This document shows positions 10,901 to 22,179 of a stretch of 64,000 nt of DNA, in pieces. The stretch spans positions 1,140,030 to 1,204,029 of the forward strand of contig RDEW01000004.1 of the NCBI GenBank assembly GCA_011109175.1, read 5' to 3'. A model generated the notes under the pieces. That model was not told the origin of the DNA, did not search any database, and saw nothing but the letters and a program-made list of their open reading frames with translations. Origin of the DNA: Dicyema japonicum (taxonomy: Eukaryota; Animalia; Dicyemida). The position numbers and the translations under genes were made by a program. Every line of letters starts with the position of its first letter. The stretch's first letter is position 1.

Positions 10901-12570
10901 AAATCAATTCCAAAGACCACTGTTAAACCGAAAAAAACTAAACTAAATGATCCCGACGAATTGGATCAAGGCTCTCATCTCTTCTCGGTGTTGATCCCCT
11001 GAGCCTACACAAGTACGTTGCGGACGAGCACTTTCTTTTTGGCATTGATGTCCATTCTTGTTTTTTTCGATTAGTTTCTCCATGGGCGTCGGTTATTTAA
11101 TGTTTTCCCCTGTGTACCATCTCTCCGTTAGTTTGAAGGTTATTTTCTGGGTTGCGGAGATTTTCTAGATGTTCGTATAAGAGGCCAGTGGTCCCCATGA
11201 AGTACACGCATATGAAATGCATGGTTCGATGTACTGTGAGTAGAGCGTTTTAAGTATAGGGTGATGTCCAATTTTCCATAGACCTGTTAGGCATTTCAGA
11301 AGGTTGATTTTTTTCTCACATTTGTTCAGCACGTTAGTGACATGTCTCGAAAAGTTCATGTGCGTATCGAAACTCAGACCCAATATTTTTGCTGAACGGC
11401 AATTCTCTTCCCTCCGCAGTAACTTCTATGTCCTGTTCGACAGTTTTTTGTCCGAGGATTAGAGTTGTAACAGATTTTTCTGTATTGATTGACATCCGAT
11501 TTCACTAAACCATTCGAGTAGTCGATCCATGTGGTGTTGTATTCTTTCCGTCAGTGTTTGGGTGTTCTGATCCCGTGAGGCTAAGACTATATCGTCTGCA
11601 TAAGTCAAAGCAGGTTGTCTTCTCATTCGGCGTCGGAATGTCAGCCATAAACAGGTTGAATAGTAATAGTAATAGCGGCGAGCCATGGGGTACTCCAATT
11701 TGCAATAAACGGGAGACAGAATGAATGTTTCCCAATGCACACTCTACCTTTTCGTCCGCTAAGGAAATTCATCAGCCAGCTTTTGAGGTTTTCAGGGATA
11801 TCTGATTGGTAAATTTTCCATGTTAGGTTCTTCCTCGGCACAGAGTCGAAAGCTTTGTAGACGTCCAGTGAGCATAACACAGTTTTCTGGTGTCTTGGCT
11901 TGCACAGAAATCCAGAGCGAATAAAGCTAGTCAGGGATGTGAGGAAGCTCGTTTTGAAACCATGCTGGAATGGTTTATCGGAAGTTCTTTCAGTGATTTT
12001 TGCGAGATAAGCTTTTCCAGAATTTCTGAAAGGGAGCATAAGAGAGAAATAGGCCTGAAGGAAGCTGGGTTTTCTTTCGGTTTTCCTGAATTCAATCCTC
12101 GGTAAATGTTTGCAAGTTTCCACATCGTGGGATTGAGTTATAATCAATCGATCAGTTGTAGATTTTGGTCAGAGTACCAATTCCCTCATTTCCTATGTTT
12201 TTCAGGAGGATTATGGGAATTCCGTCTGGACCATGAGAATGTGTTACTTTTGTTTGGTTTAGGGATGCCATTACCTCCTTTTCCGTGAAATAAGTTAATT
12301 GATCCCTTTTCGGTTTTCTTAGCGGCGGTTTGGGTGGGTCAGTCCTCATGTGGTTTTTGTGAGAGATTTTCGCGTAGTATTTTATTAGGACGTTTAGGTC
12401 CTTTTGGCTGAATTCGTCATTTCTGGACGTAACTGATAGGATATCAAAACTGAATGAAGAAATCACGCGGAACATCACAAAACACAACAAAGAACGTTGG
12501 AGAGCCTTGCTCAGAAAAGCTACAAATAATACTTCCTCCACTGTATTATGGAAGTTGATAAGGAGTCTCA
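10900..12570 (-). mobile_element. Ingi/Vingi-like LINE, RT to 3' end, frameshifted
   Basis: FRPISLL, QHGFK, LDVYKAFDSV, GVPHGSPL, YADD, LYSQYIEPCISYAC motifs. Close relative of 62170-62745 and 24800-25170. Confidence 0.85.
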
Positions 12571-12854
12571 AGAAGTGCTCTCCAAATTCAATTGGACATG
12601 GAGAGGCATGCCCAAATGTGTAGTATGTGAATATTAGTCATAAACTATATTCAAAAGACCTGGATGTTCGTTCAGGCCATGGTCGAAGGTATAAATGTCC
12701 AAACATGACTTTCTTAGACCCTTCAATGGTGCACTCAGTAATCAGGAAAATGAATAACTCGTCGTCCCGCGCGGTTAGATGACATCTGAATCCTTCCGCG
12801 ACGGTAATTAGACATTAATGATTACGATAGATGACTGCAATTGCTACTTAATTT

Positions 12855-13170
12855 ATATTATTTATTAACCCCGGGATCACCTAAAAAGAAAGACAAAGTA
12901 AAGTCAACTAATTAGGTGATCCCAGTTCCTCGCAACCAAACGTTCCATCCTAAGCCTGTGCGTCTCCATTGTTCCCACTGTCGAACGGAAATGCTTCTTC
13001 GATCCTTGCAGAAGAAGCCGATTGGGAAAGGAAATTTCTTAGCCAACCGATTTTCTTTTGCGTGGAACAGTGAGAGGCTTAGTGGGTGTCCATCTTCCTC
13101 GCAAATGTGGAGAAATCCAGAATCACATCTACGAGTTGTAGATTCTGTCAGTAGGGGAGGTACTTAATTT
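12855..13170 (-). mobile_element. 3' stub of Ingi/Vingi-like LINE with intact terminal hairpin
   Basis: Homologous to 17020-17330. 12-bp stem GGGATCACCTAA/TTAGGTGATCCC (12873-12884, 12912-12923) followed on the minus strand by GGGGTTAATAA. Confidence 0.85.
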
Positions 13171-13233
13171 ATGATTTATTTTGTTAGTTTTTATTTAATT
13201 TTAATTTAATAAAAAATTTAAATTACCTGATCT

Positions 13234-14952
13234 ATGTGTTCTTCTTCTAATATATCCAATATTCATCTTTTGACGGCATATTACAGGCCAGAGAATCTCT
13301 AAAATCAGTCAGTGGTAATTGTTAATATTAATTTGTAGAAAAACGAAAACAAAGTCTATTCATGTTCGAAGAGTTAAATTCCACCACCAAATTCCCAAAA
13401 AACGATGTAATCGTCATTTCAAAACTAATTTATAGATTTTCCAAGATGATTGGAATGTCTTAGAGACTATTAAATTCCCTAAACTCTCGAATAGTCGACC
13501 TCGAATATCAACAAAGTGCCTTAATCGGTGAAAATGACAAAGTTGGTTAACATTCCTAACAATCAGCTCAAACACGACCTCAATGAGAATGTGACCAGGT
13601 TTAAGCTGGAATCCGCCGAGAAGGATCAAACTATCAGTTCTCTTGTCTCCCAACTTCAGGAAAGCCGAATTCTCCTAGAAAAAAGTCAGAACGCCTTGAC
13701 AACGCACCTCAGTCAGGAAAACTCAAGAAAATCTGACTCAAGTGAAGAATTTGAGGATTACGCTACTCTGAAGTCCAAATATAAAAAACTAGAAGGGGAG
13801 CTTTCGTCCTTCAAAGCAAAATATGCCGATTTTCTAATAATTTTGGAGGAAAACCATGACCTGAAGCAAACTAACCAATTTCTACAGCGACATAACTCGT
13901 CTTTGACCCAAATAAACCAGGTTCCCTCATTTTCCATATTTTAGGACAAAAATGATCAAATCCACGTGTTGGAAGGAATTATTAGCTACACAAGCAGAGA
14001 AATGATTGAAAATTCAACAAAATTTCAGCAAATTAACAGCAAGAGTCAACCTCATTCAAATAAGACTGAAAAGTATGGTTTTCCGTTTTCACGATGAGGG
14101 AGGATTTTGCGAAAAGGTTGGAAGAGCTTCAAAAGTCAAACGATGAATTGAAGACTGTTCTAAATGACCAGAACTTCCAGAATGAACTACTGAAGCAACA
14201 GAGAGACAGTTTTCGAGCCATTTTGGACAAATTAGAGGAGACAAATTCGTGCAATAACGAAGAATATAGAGAACTGATAGCTACAATGTCCCCGATTGAA
14301 GTTAATTGAGTCTATTTGATTATAGATGGGGGATGGCAATGTCTGGTCGTATGATCTAGGTCTTTTCGCCGAACCGGAATCATATATTACTGGAAATTGC
14401 CATGTTGATGGGAGATGGGGGATTAAGAACGAAGCTAGCAATAATTTTGAGGTTTTAAAAGAACAGAATTCAATGCTGGTGGGTGAACCTAATGCACGTT
14501 GTTCTGATGTGGAAGCTGAGTCATTATCCGATTATACTCCCCCACTGATGGAATTAGCGGGTAGTTATGGTTATGAGTAGTCGTAGTTGATGATTTGAAG
14601 GAGAAGTTGATACATGAAAAGAATCTTCTTCAGGAATTTAAACGATCGGTTTGTTTGCTTACGGGGTATCAAATTGATGTTGGAGATGGGAAGGCCACTG
14701 TTCGAATGGCTGGGGAAGACGTACCTAAGATCGGTTTGGAGTGCAAGTTGGTGTTTGAGGTTGTTTTGGTGATTATTGGAGGAGTGTGATTGTAAATACA
14801 AACTGGTGGAGTCTGGATATACTGCATGTATTGGTTATTTGTGCGATAAGTATTTGCGGGGGACAGCCTCAGTGCCAATGTTTTTGGCGGCCCATATTTT
14901 GTCTATTTATGGGATGAGTAATGAACTGAAAAGTTTAGGTTTTTTGCTTTAA
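13234..14952 (+). CDS. MAD1: Mitotic spindle checkpoint protein MAD1-like (coiled-coil)
   Basis: Introns 13315-13338, 13407-13435, 13542-13566, 13921-13944, 14073-14098, 14301-14325, 14561-14586 and 14760-14781 join coiled-coil exons. C-terminus EFKRSVCLLTGYQID ... SVPMFLAAHILSIY matches the Mad1 C-terminal domain. The 5' end is uncertain (apparent single-base frameshifts). Confidence 0.8.
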
Positions 14953-14999
14953 CTTGTTTATTTTGTATGAATATACTAATATTTGTTACTTTTTGTTGT

Positions 15000-16990
15000 T
15001 TTATTACTGGTCGTTGGGTCACCGATTTATAATAACTTTGGACTTACCTGATAAAAGTTTTATCATCTACCCCGTACAGTCGCTGTATGTCTGTTTCTTT
15101 TTTGTTAGTTAGTCATTCGACGCTACCAGTAAACACTGTTTATGGTTCGCTTGTGCCATGTTTTTCGATTATTCCTTTCCGTTAGTCTTCTCTATCTTTT
15201 TTCGCTGTCGTGCTCGTTCCGGATTTCGTCCAGATCTTCCGCATTCATCAGGCGGCCCCCGATCACTGCGTAATCCTCCGCAAGTGTCCTTGGAAGACAA
15301 CTTTTGGACGTCCTCTGAATGCAAGAGATACAGTATGGCCGAAAAATTTTTCCATAGCGGCATTGCATGGTGTCTGTTCACCCACCCATCCGTAGAATAT
15401 GTCCCCAAAAAGGCGCCCGTGGGCTTCATGTACGTTAAGACTTATTGGTCCACAATCAGTCAGTCAGTATAATTTATTGTTTGAGATTATTTTTGGCCAA
15501 GAGTATCCAAGGAGTTTTCTTAGTTGGCCTATGTGAAACGAGTCAAGTTGTTCCATATTTTTCTTTGATGTTCCCCAAGTACCTGCGTTATACATGAGGA
15601 CTGGTCAGACAAATCCATTATATAATCGTAATCACATCTTAGTAGGAATTTGATTATTTCTCATCAGAGTGGATTGTAATTTTTAAGTGCTACTGTGTCC
15701 AATTTCTTTCGTCGTGTGATATCTTCTGAATCGCCAAGTAACGAGTTTTCGGGTGTTCTCCACTTCTCAACGCGGGTTGGCGTTCTATCAATAGTGGTTA
15801 TTTCAGTTTTGTCTTTATTGATTTTGAGGGACCATTTACTCAAAATAGTTTTCGTATTCACCATAATAACGTCTATAAGTTCCCGACGAAATCGACATTA
15901 TCCGCGTAAATGTGTTCCATAAAGTGGTTGTCCAGACATCCAATTTGTTCTTTAATCTCTCAAAGCTGCCTCCAGGTAAATGATAAATAATAAAAGAGAT
16001 AGTGTCCGCCTGTGGGTTTCCAACATTGATAGAAAAAGGTCTAGACTCCTTAGAGCCAACTCTGATGAGTAGTTCAGTTTCAGATTATAGCATTTGTATC
16101 ATGCGCAGAATGTCTTCGTCGACAACGTCTTTCAACACAGTTAGTAGTTTACTCCCGTTGTCGATTCCTTAGTTCTCTTTTAGTGTTCAGACAGCAATTT
16201 CAATTCTCAGGCGGATGTTTCTTTGGCGCTCTGACATTTCTCTAGTTTTGAATAATATGCGTAGTTGTTGTTCGAGCGGATGCTTCTGTAGCCGATAAAT
16301 CCGTCGCGGCCTGTTTAACTGCCTCGACCAACTTTTCCAGGAGAATGTCTGGCCTTTCTTCCGTATTTAGTTTTGATGTGTGTTGCTCGATGTTGTCTTG
16401 AAATTTTCTCCGTCTCACGGTGTTGTTTATCAGTTCCTCTGTAGCTAGTCTTCAGTGTTTAATGTTAGCTTGATTGTTCTAGGCAATGTTACCAGAATGA
16501 TTTCCGTATGCATATTCGAGCACCGTCATCTTGTGATCCCTATTTGTTACAGCTCCTCCATATGAGCGTGAGTTCACGAGAAGTTTTTTATGTGCATTCT
16601 GACATAATATATAATCTATTTGATTGTATATTGTAATCTCTAGGCCGTCTCGGCCTTTTCTGTGACCAGTCCATGTCGTCTTATGCCTGGTTGGATGTTG
16701 AAATGTCGTATTGCAGAGATAAAGACCAAATTCCAAGCAGAACCCAATTAGGGACTCTCCGGAAGAGTTTCGATACCCTCTTCCGTGTCTTCCAATACAT
16801 ATTTCGTGGTCTTTCTTAATACCTGTTTTGGCATTCTAGTCCCCCGCTAGAAACATGATTCCTGTTTTGTCCATTTCTGTGCATACTTTCGAAAGGCTTT
16901 CATAAAATTCGTCCAACACATCAGAGGTAACTAATACTCTGCCGGTATGGGGTGCATATACGTTGATAATAGTTAAAAGTTTATTCCCTA
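15000..16990 (-). mobile_element. Decayed RTE-clade LINE (APE C-half, RT, 3' UTR)
   Basis: INVYAPHT, FLAGD, NQIDYIL, DHKM APE motifs; SLLGDSEDITRRK RT-thumb motif. 3' UTR shares GGCACRAGCGAACC with the 40-kb copy. Confidence 0.8.
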
Positions 16991-17019
16991 TCGGTTTAAG
17001 TTTTTTTATTTTATTTATT

Positions 17020-20005
17020 TTAATAACCCCGGGAACACCGAGAAAGAAAGACAAAAGAGTCAAACAGTTAGGTGATCCCAGTCCTCGCAATCACTTGTGC
17101 CATTCGACGTCTGTGATCTTCCATCGTCCCCACTACTTTCCGGAAGAGCCTTCTCTCGGTCTTGCAGAGGAATCCGATCGGGGAGGGGAATTTCTTATCC
17201 AATCGGTTTTCTCTTGCCATGGGAAGGATCAGGCGAAGCGGATTTCCATCTTCCTCACAGACGCGAAGAAATCCGGAGCCACGACTACGGATCTTAGCTT
17301 CCATGAGTAGTGGGTCGACTGTTGATCCATTACGTGGGCAAAGCATACTGATTGTTTTCCGGTATATCGAGTTGATTCTTTGGACCATAGACTCCGATAG
17401 CCCGAATCTCCATGCAACGGAGGCATACTCAATGGCAGGCGCGATTGTTTGTTGGTAGAGGATAGAAACGGAAAAGTCCATGTTCCTCGTGGTCCTCCGA
17501 ACAAGGGCGCGTATAACGTTAACTTTCTGGAGGCCCCTGGTGATCATGTCTGTTGCGTGGGAGTTGAATTGAGAAGACTGTCGTACTTGACTCCAAGGAC
17601 AGTGGGGGACCTTGTCACTGGAATCCGAGTGGGACCAATGAAAAGACTCGGTTCATCCTTGGAACGACGGTCCGACGTGAATGTGGAACAGATAGACTTG
17701 GTTGCAGAAATCGTTAGTCGATTGCCAACAATCCAATCGTGGAGAGTGTTCAATTTTGTCTGAGTTTTAAGGGATGCGACTTGCGTCGAGCGGTTCCGTA
17801 TTGCAATGACTACATCGTCTGCGTAGGATAATAGCAGGGAATCTTCGTCTCCATCATTAGGTAGGTCGTGTAGGAATAGGTTGAATAGAATTGGTGAAAG
17901 TGGAGACCCCTGGGGTACCCCGTTCGGTAGTAATCGTGATCTAGATCTGAGATCACCACTGACTACTCTTCCACGTCTTCCAGACAAAAAGTTGGCCAGC
18001 CATAATTTCACATTCGGACGAATATTAGTAGAAAATATTTTTCCAACCAGGATTTTCCTCGAAACAGTGTCAAAGGCTTTGTTGATGTCAATAGAAACCA
18101 AGATTGTGCGTTTGTGAGGCGGAGGATGGGTGTTAAAACCGTCGGCAATGAACTGCGATAAAGTTGCCAAGTATGTAGCGGTGGACCTACCGCGGAGGAA
18201 ACCATGTTGAAATATAGGACGCGGAAGATACGGAATAATGACTGATAATACAAGTTTCTCCATAATTTTTGACAGTGTGCTGGTAACGGAAATAGGCCTG
18301 TAGGATGCAGGTTCTGTCTCTGGTTTCCCAGCCTTCAATATCGGTCTGATGATAGAATTCTTCCAAATCTTGGGAATAATATTATAGTTAATGGACAGTT
18401 GTATATATGCGTGAGGTAGCCAATTGCGTAGTGGCTTAGGTGTTTTAGGTGAATAGAAGATACTTTGTCAGGCCCGCACGCCCGTGAGCTCTTTAATCTG
18501 GTGATCACATCCAAGACTTGGTCATCTGTGAATAGTTCGTGTAAGGTTCCTTCTTCGGTTTATGGGCACGCACCTTAATGTCCAGGTGTTTCGAGAATGG
18601 TTTGAAGCTAATTCCAGCGTAATGTTTCATAAGGTGTTAGGGTAGGTGGCATAAGTGTTCAGGAGAAGACTTTCCGGTTCCGTCTGCATCATCCAGCTCC
18701 GACTTGACTTGTTTAAGAGTTTTCCAGAAATGTCGGGATGTACTTTTCCTGTCGAGGTGGTTAACTAGATGCTGCCATCTCTTGTCCTTGTGTTCTTTTA
18801 TGCTCTGACAGATCTTTTATTCAGTTGTCTGAGGGCTGTCAAAGACTTCATGTCCAACAGATGGCATCTCTTCAGCCGGTCTCTTTGTTTTATAAGACTT
18901 ATTGTATAAGAGCTGAGGGTAGGAATAAACTTCTTGTATGACGATATAGGAATAAAAATATGGTCAGCTTTCTGAATGGCAGCGCTGATAATTTCTGCGG
19001 CCTCGTCAATAGAGCGTATTGGGAAGGATAATCTGGGCCAAGAATTTATCCACAAGGTTACTGAAACCAGACCAGTCAACCTTCGTATAATCCTTGAATC
19101 TTTTTGATTCCGCCGGACCGTCTCCTGTATCGTCGAAGACCTCTCAATTTTAGAAATTGGATTGTGGTCACTGAAGCCGTAAAAGACGTTCCAGGAAATG
19201 AGTCCAGCCAGAGAAGGTGAGCATAGTGTTAAGTCGGGGATGTGCAGCTATCAGTCATCCTTAATGGGGTCCTCGTATGTGAGTTAGGGTCGTTCATTAT
19301 AATCAGGTCAGGGAGATAATTTGCAATGAGTTCTCCTCAGTTGTCAGAGGATTGGGAAGTGAACCAAACTGGATGTCGTGCAGTAAGATCCCCACATAAC
19401 AGTAGATTTTTCAATGTTGAAATGCGTGATAAATCAGGGGTGTAAGATGACGGACACAATCCTTGTGGAGCAATATATAAATTAGCCAAATGGATCCAAA
19501 AGGACGGGAATAACTCCATTTTGACAGTAATCTGCTCCAAACTCTTATCGGAGCCAAGAAGCTCTGAAATTCGTTGAGTTGTATCCTAAAAGGAATATCG
19601 TTCTTTATAATAGTAAGTAGTCCTCCTCCGCGTCCTTCCTGACGATCTTTACGGATCACTGTGTATCCGGAAAAGAGGGTGTTGGTATGGAGGGAGATAG
19701 CTTGGACTCCTGTATTAAAGCGAGGTCAGCCTCATTTTCGCGGAGGAGTGCCCGGAGTTCAAAGATTTTCTTCCTGATCCCATTCGTATTCAGTTGTATA
19801 ATTGTAAAACCTCTCCATGGACCAGGATTGGTTTCGACGTCCCCACATAGAAGAATCAAAAGTCTGAATAAATGGGGACACCAGACAGGGTCGAAGACAC
19901 AGGAGATGAGAGGACCACCGGACGGTGGGGAGAAGCTGTTGGCTCTTTGCGTTCCATTTTAGAATGGGTGATACCGTTTCTGGTGAGCCACATGACACCA
20001 CGCTA
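17020..20005 (-). mobile_element. Near full-length (~3 kb) single-ORF APE-RT non-LTR retrotransposon, Ingi/Vingi-like (I group), frameshifted
   Basis: Order is 5' structured leader, LLCGDVETNPGP (19818-19859), APE (QLNTNGIRKK, ALIQESKL, CGDL), RT (YRPISVT, QHGFLRGRST, DINKAFDTV, GVPQGSPLSP, YADD), C-terminus ...ARTGIT*, then hairpin + GGGGTTATTAA tail. No ORF1 is seen. Clade assignment is inferred from layout. Confidence 0.85.
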
Positions 20006-20034
20006 ACATTTTTTTTTTATATTTTGAAAATAAT

Positions 20035-20350
20035 CGCGTGGCTCATGTGGTGTTTCGTGGCTAATTGATTGAAGTTTCTGTTTTGTTCATCTGTTCCTCC
20101 TCTCTTCCTATTAGAGTGGCGCCATGTGATCCATCTGTCTAGGTGGCGCCCAGTGCCAGGCCGGCACGAAAAAGGATCATTTTCTCTCCCCACTCCACTG
20201 GAAGGGTTTCCACAACTGCAACTATGGACGTCTTTTACCCTTTATGTTGATTCCGGATGGACTCTGTTTTTGTAGAGTGGAAACTGGATACACTTAATTA
20301 GTTGTTTACTTTAACTTCTTTCTCGTGTATCCGGGGTTAATAAATAAAAA
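20035..20350 (+). mobile_element. Short non-coding non-autonomous retroelement, family N (copy N1)
   Basis: 5' CGCGTGGCTCATGTGG resembles the LINE 5' end. Internal pseudoknot fold at 20117-20180. 3' GGATACAC...GTGTATCC-GGGGTTAATAA tail closely matches the LINE tail at 12862-12923. Confidence 0.8.
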
Positions 20351-20379
20351 TAATAAATAAATCAAAAACAGTTCGTAAA

Positions 20380-21135
20380 GCGAAAAAAAGGAAGTCGTTT
20401 CAGACAATTTTGGTTATTCAGTAAATTAACTAGGTATAACTTTGGCCAGAAAGCTACAGTCAAGAAATGTCCCGCTTGTGGAATGTTATTCGATCCCTCC
20501 CTTTCTGAGGATTTCGAGAGTCACAGATAGTATAATAGTGCTCAATCCAGAGTTATGCGATTCAATCCGGTACCATTTTAACCTAAGACCTGTCAAATTA
20601 CGTGAAAAGTCAACTCAACGTAATCATCGGCTTCGTGGATGGGTTCATTTTGCAAATCGACAAGACCAGCACCAAAAGTATCCTTGAAAAGGTACTCACT
20701 TAGATACACGCAGTTAAAACTAGTCCTCCAAGTAGTCAACTCAGAATTAGGGATATTTCACTCACCATCACAGTCCCATATAAGTCTTTGCTATTTATCA
20801 CGTGCTCAGATGAATTGGCGGGATACTGCTGTGTGGAATTTGTATCAGAGGTCCTTCATTTATTTCTTACTGGCAGATCAGGTTGTTGAGTTCATCGGGG
20901 TGGCTGCAGAGTAGTGAAACTGTCTACTCCTGTCCCTGTGAGCTGTGTGATAAGCAGAATATGGGTGGGTCAGGACTACAGGAGGAAAAAAATTGGGAAG
21001 AAGCTGCTAGATTGTGCTAAGGCCCTGGAATCTGCTAGTAAAAGTGAGATCACCTTCACTGACCCGACTGGATGTGGATTGGAATTTATTAGGTCATATA
21101 TGGAAAGTTACTCCATTTATGTTAAAAATATTTAA
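20380..21135 (+). CDS. ESCO: Cohesin acetyltransferase ECO1/ESCO-like
   Basis: FGQK...CPACGMLF zinc finger; VLQVVNSELG; C-terminal ISRIWV...RRKKIGKKLLD...ITFTDPTGCGLEF GNAT motifs. Exon structure only partly resolved; in-frame TAG in the finger. Confidence 0.8.
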
Positions 21136-21654
21136 CTTTGTGTTAATTTAATTTTTTGTATTCAGTAGTTACTATTCCCAGATTTCTTTAATGACATTGA
21201 CCCTAACCACACATAATGAATTTTTCTCTCTTGACTTGTTTTTGAAATTGGTAGCCATTAGCCCTTACGAAGAAAATCAATAGACATTAGCAGTTGTAAA
21301 GATGTATACGAAACTTGAGACATTTGTCAACTTGGCAGCATCCTGATCTACGTTATCATTTATTTAGTTAAATGCTCTCCCATTAATACTTAGGGTTCTT
21401 CACTATCCGTACTACTCCTTGTAACCTTCCTCTTCTCACGTCTCCGTTGTATATCGAGGAATCCATGCATAAAGATCTCTGTTTAGTGTCCGAAGCGAGT
21501 CCTCTGAAGTTGAAAGTTGCAATTGTAAACAGACTAAGAGTATAATAAAAACATAGACTTTATTGAAAAGGTCAACCACTCAACCTTATCAAATCAGTTA
21601 AATGGGAGTGAAATACTGAGCTGAAAATTTTTTTTGATAAACAATTTTATTTTA

Positions 21655-21952
21655 TTAAACAATAGAAGTCAGGTAGTTGCCGCCCTCACTGCGTGGCTGT
21701 TCCCTCTCAAAATTGCGAGCGAAATTCGCTCAAATAGCCAGCGGCGTTCACGGAGATCTCCAGTGCATGAGGTGATCCGGTTTCCAAGACGTCCGAAAAA
21801 CTCGAGTGTAGAGGGTGAGTAGGATCCGGAAGTCTCCATAGCAAGGGGAACAAATTTGAGATCATCGGGAAGGTCGACGTATTTAACGAGTTTGGCCTTC
21901 TCCGCCTTTACGGATGCTGAACAGGCCCTTGTAGCACTCTCGCTGAAGATTA
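21655..21952 (-). mobile_element. CRE-clade (RLE) non-LTR retrotransposon, 5'-truncated 3' end
   Basis: Translates openly as AEKAKLVKYVDL...FVPLAMETSG...GDLRERRWLFERISLAILRGNSHAV, the CRE restriction-like endonuclease C-terminus. Confidence 0.8.
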
Positions 21953-22179
21953 AAAAATAATAGGCTGATTGCTAAGATTCTAATAATTGCTAATCTCCAA
22001 TTGTTAAACTAGCATCAATACTTTGCTTTAACAAATCTCTGAGATAAAAAACAACGTTTTATCGGTAAATTATAACCATTCGGAATTTAAGACTTAGAAA
22101 AATAAATCCTCTTAAACTGGTTTGCGCAATTTTTATTTTTTTAGAAAAAATATATAAATAATAAATATCACAAAAATTA

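Noticed and set aside
15042-15095. ACTTACCTG (U1 5'-end-like; also at 42408) followed by palindromes TGATAAAA-G-TTTTATCA and TACAG-TCG-CTGTA
   Set aside because: Downstream sequence shows no U1 stems or Sm site. Both lie in RTE UTRs and read as CAGGTAAGT on the element strand.
20333-20343. GGGGTTAA as a telomeric repeat or telomere-addition seed
   Set aside because: Always single-copy and always at a retroelement 3' end; never tandem.
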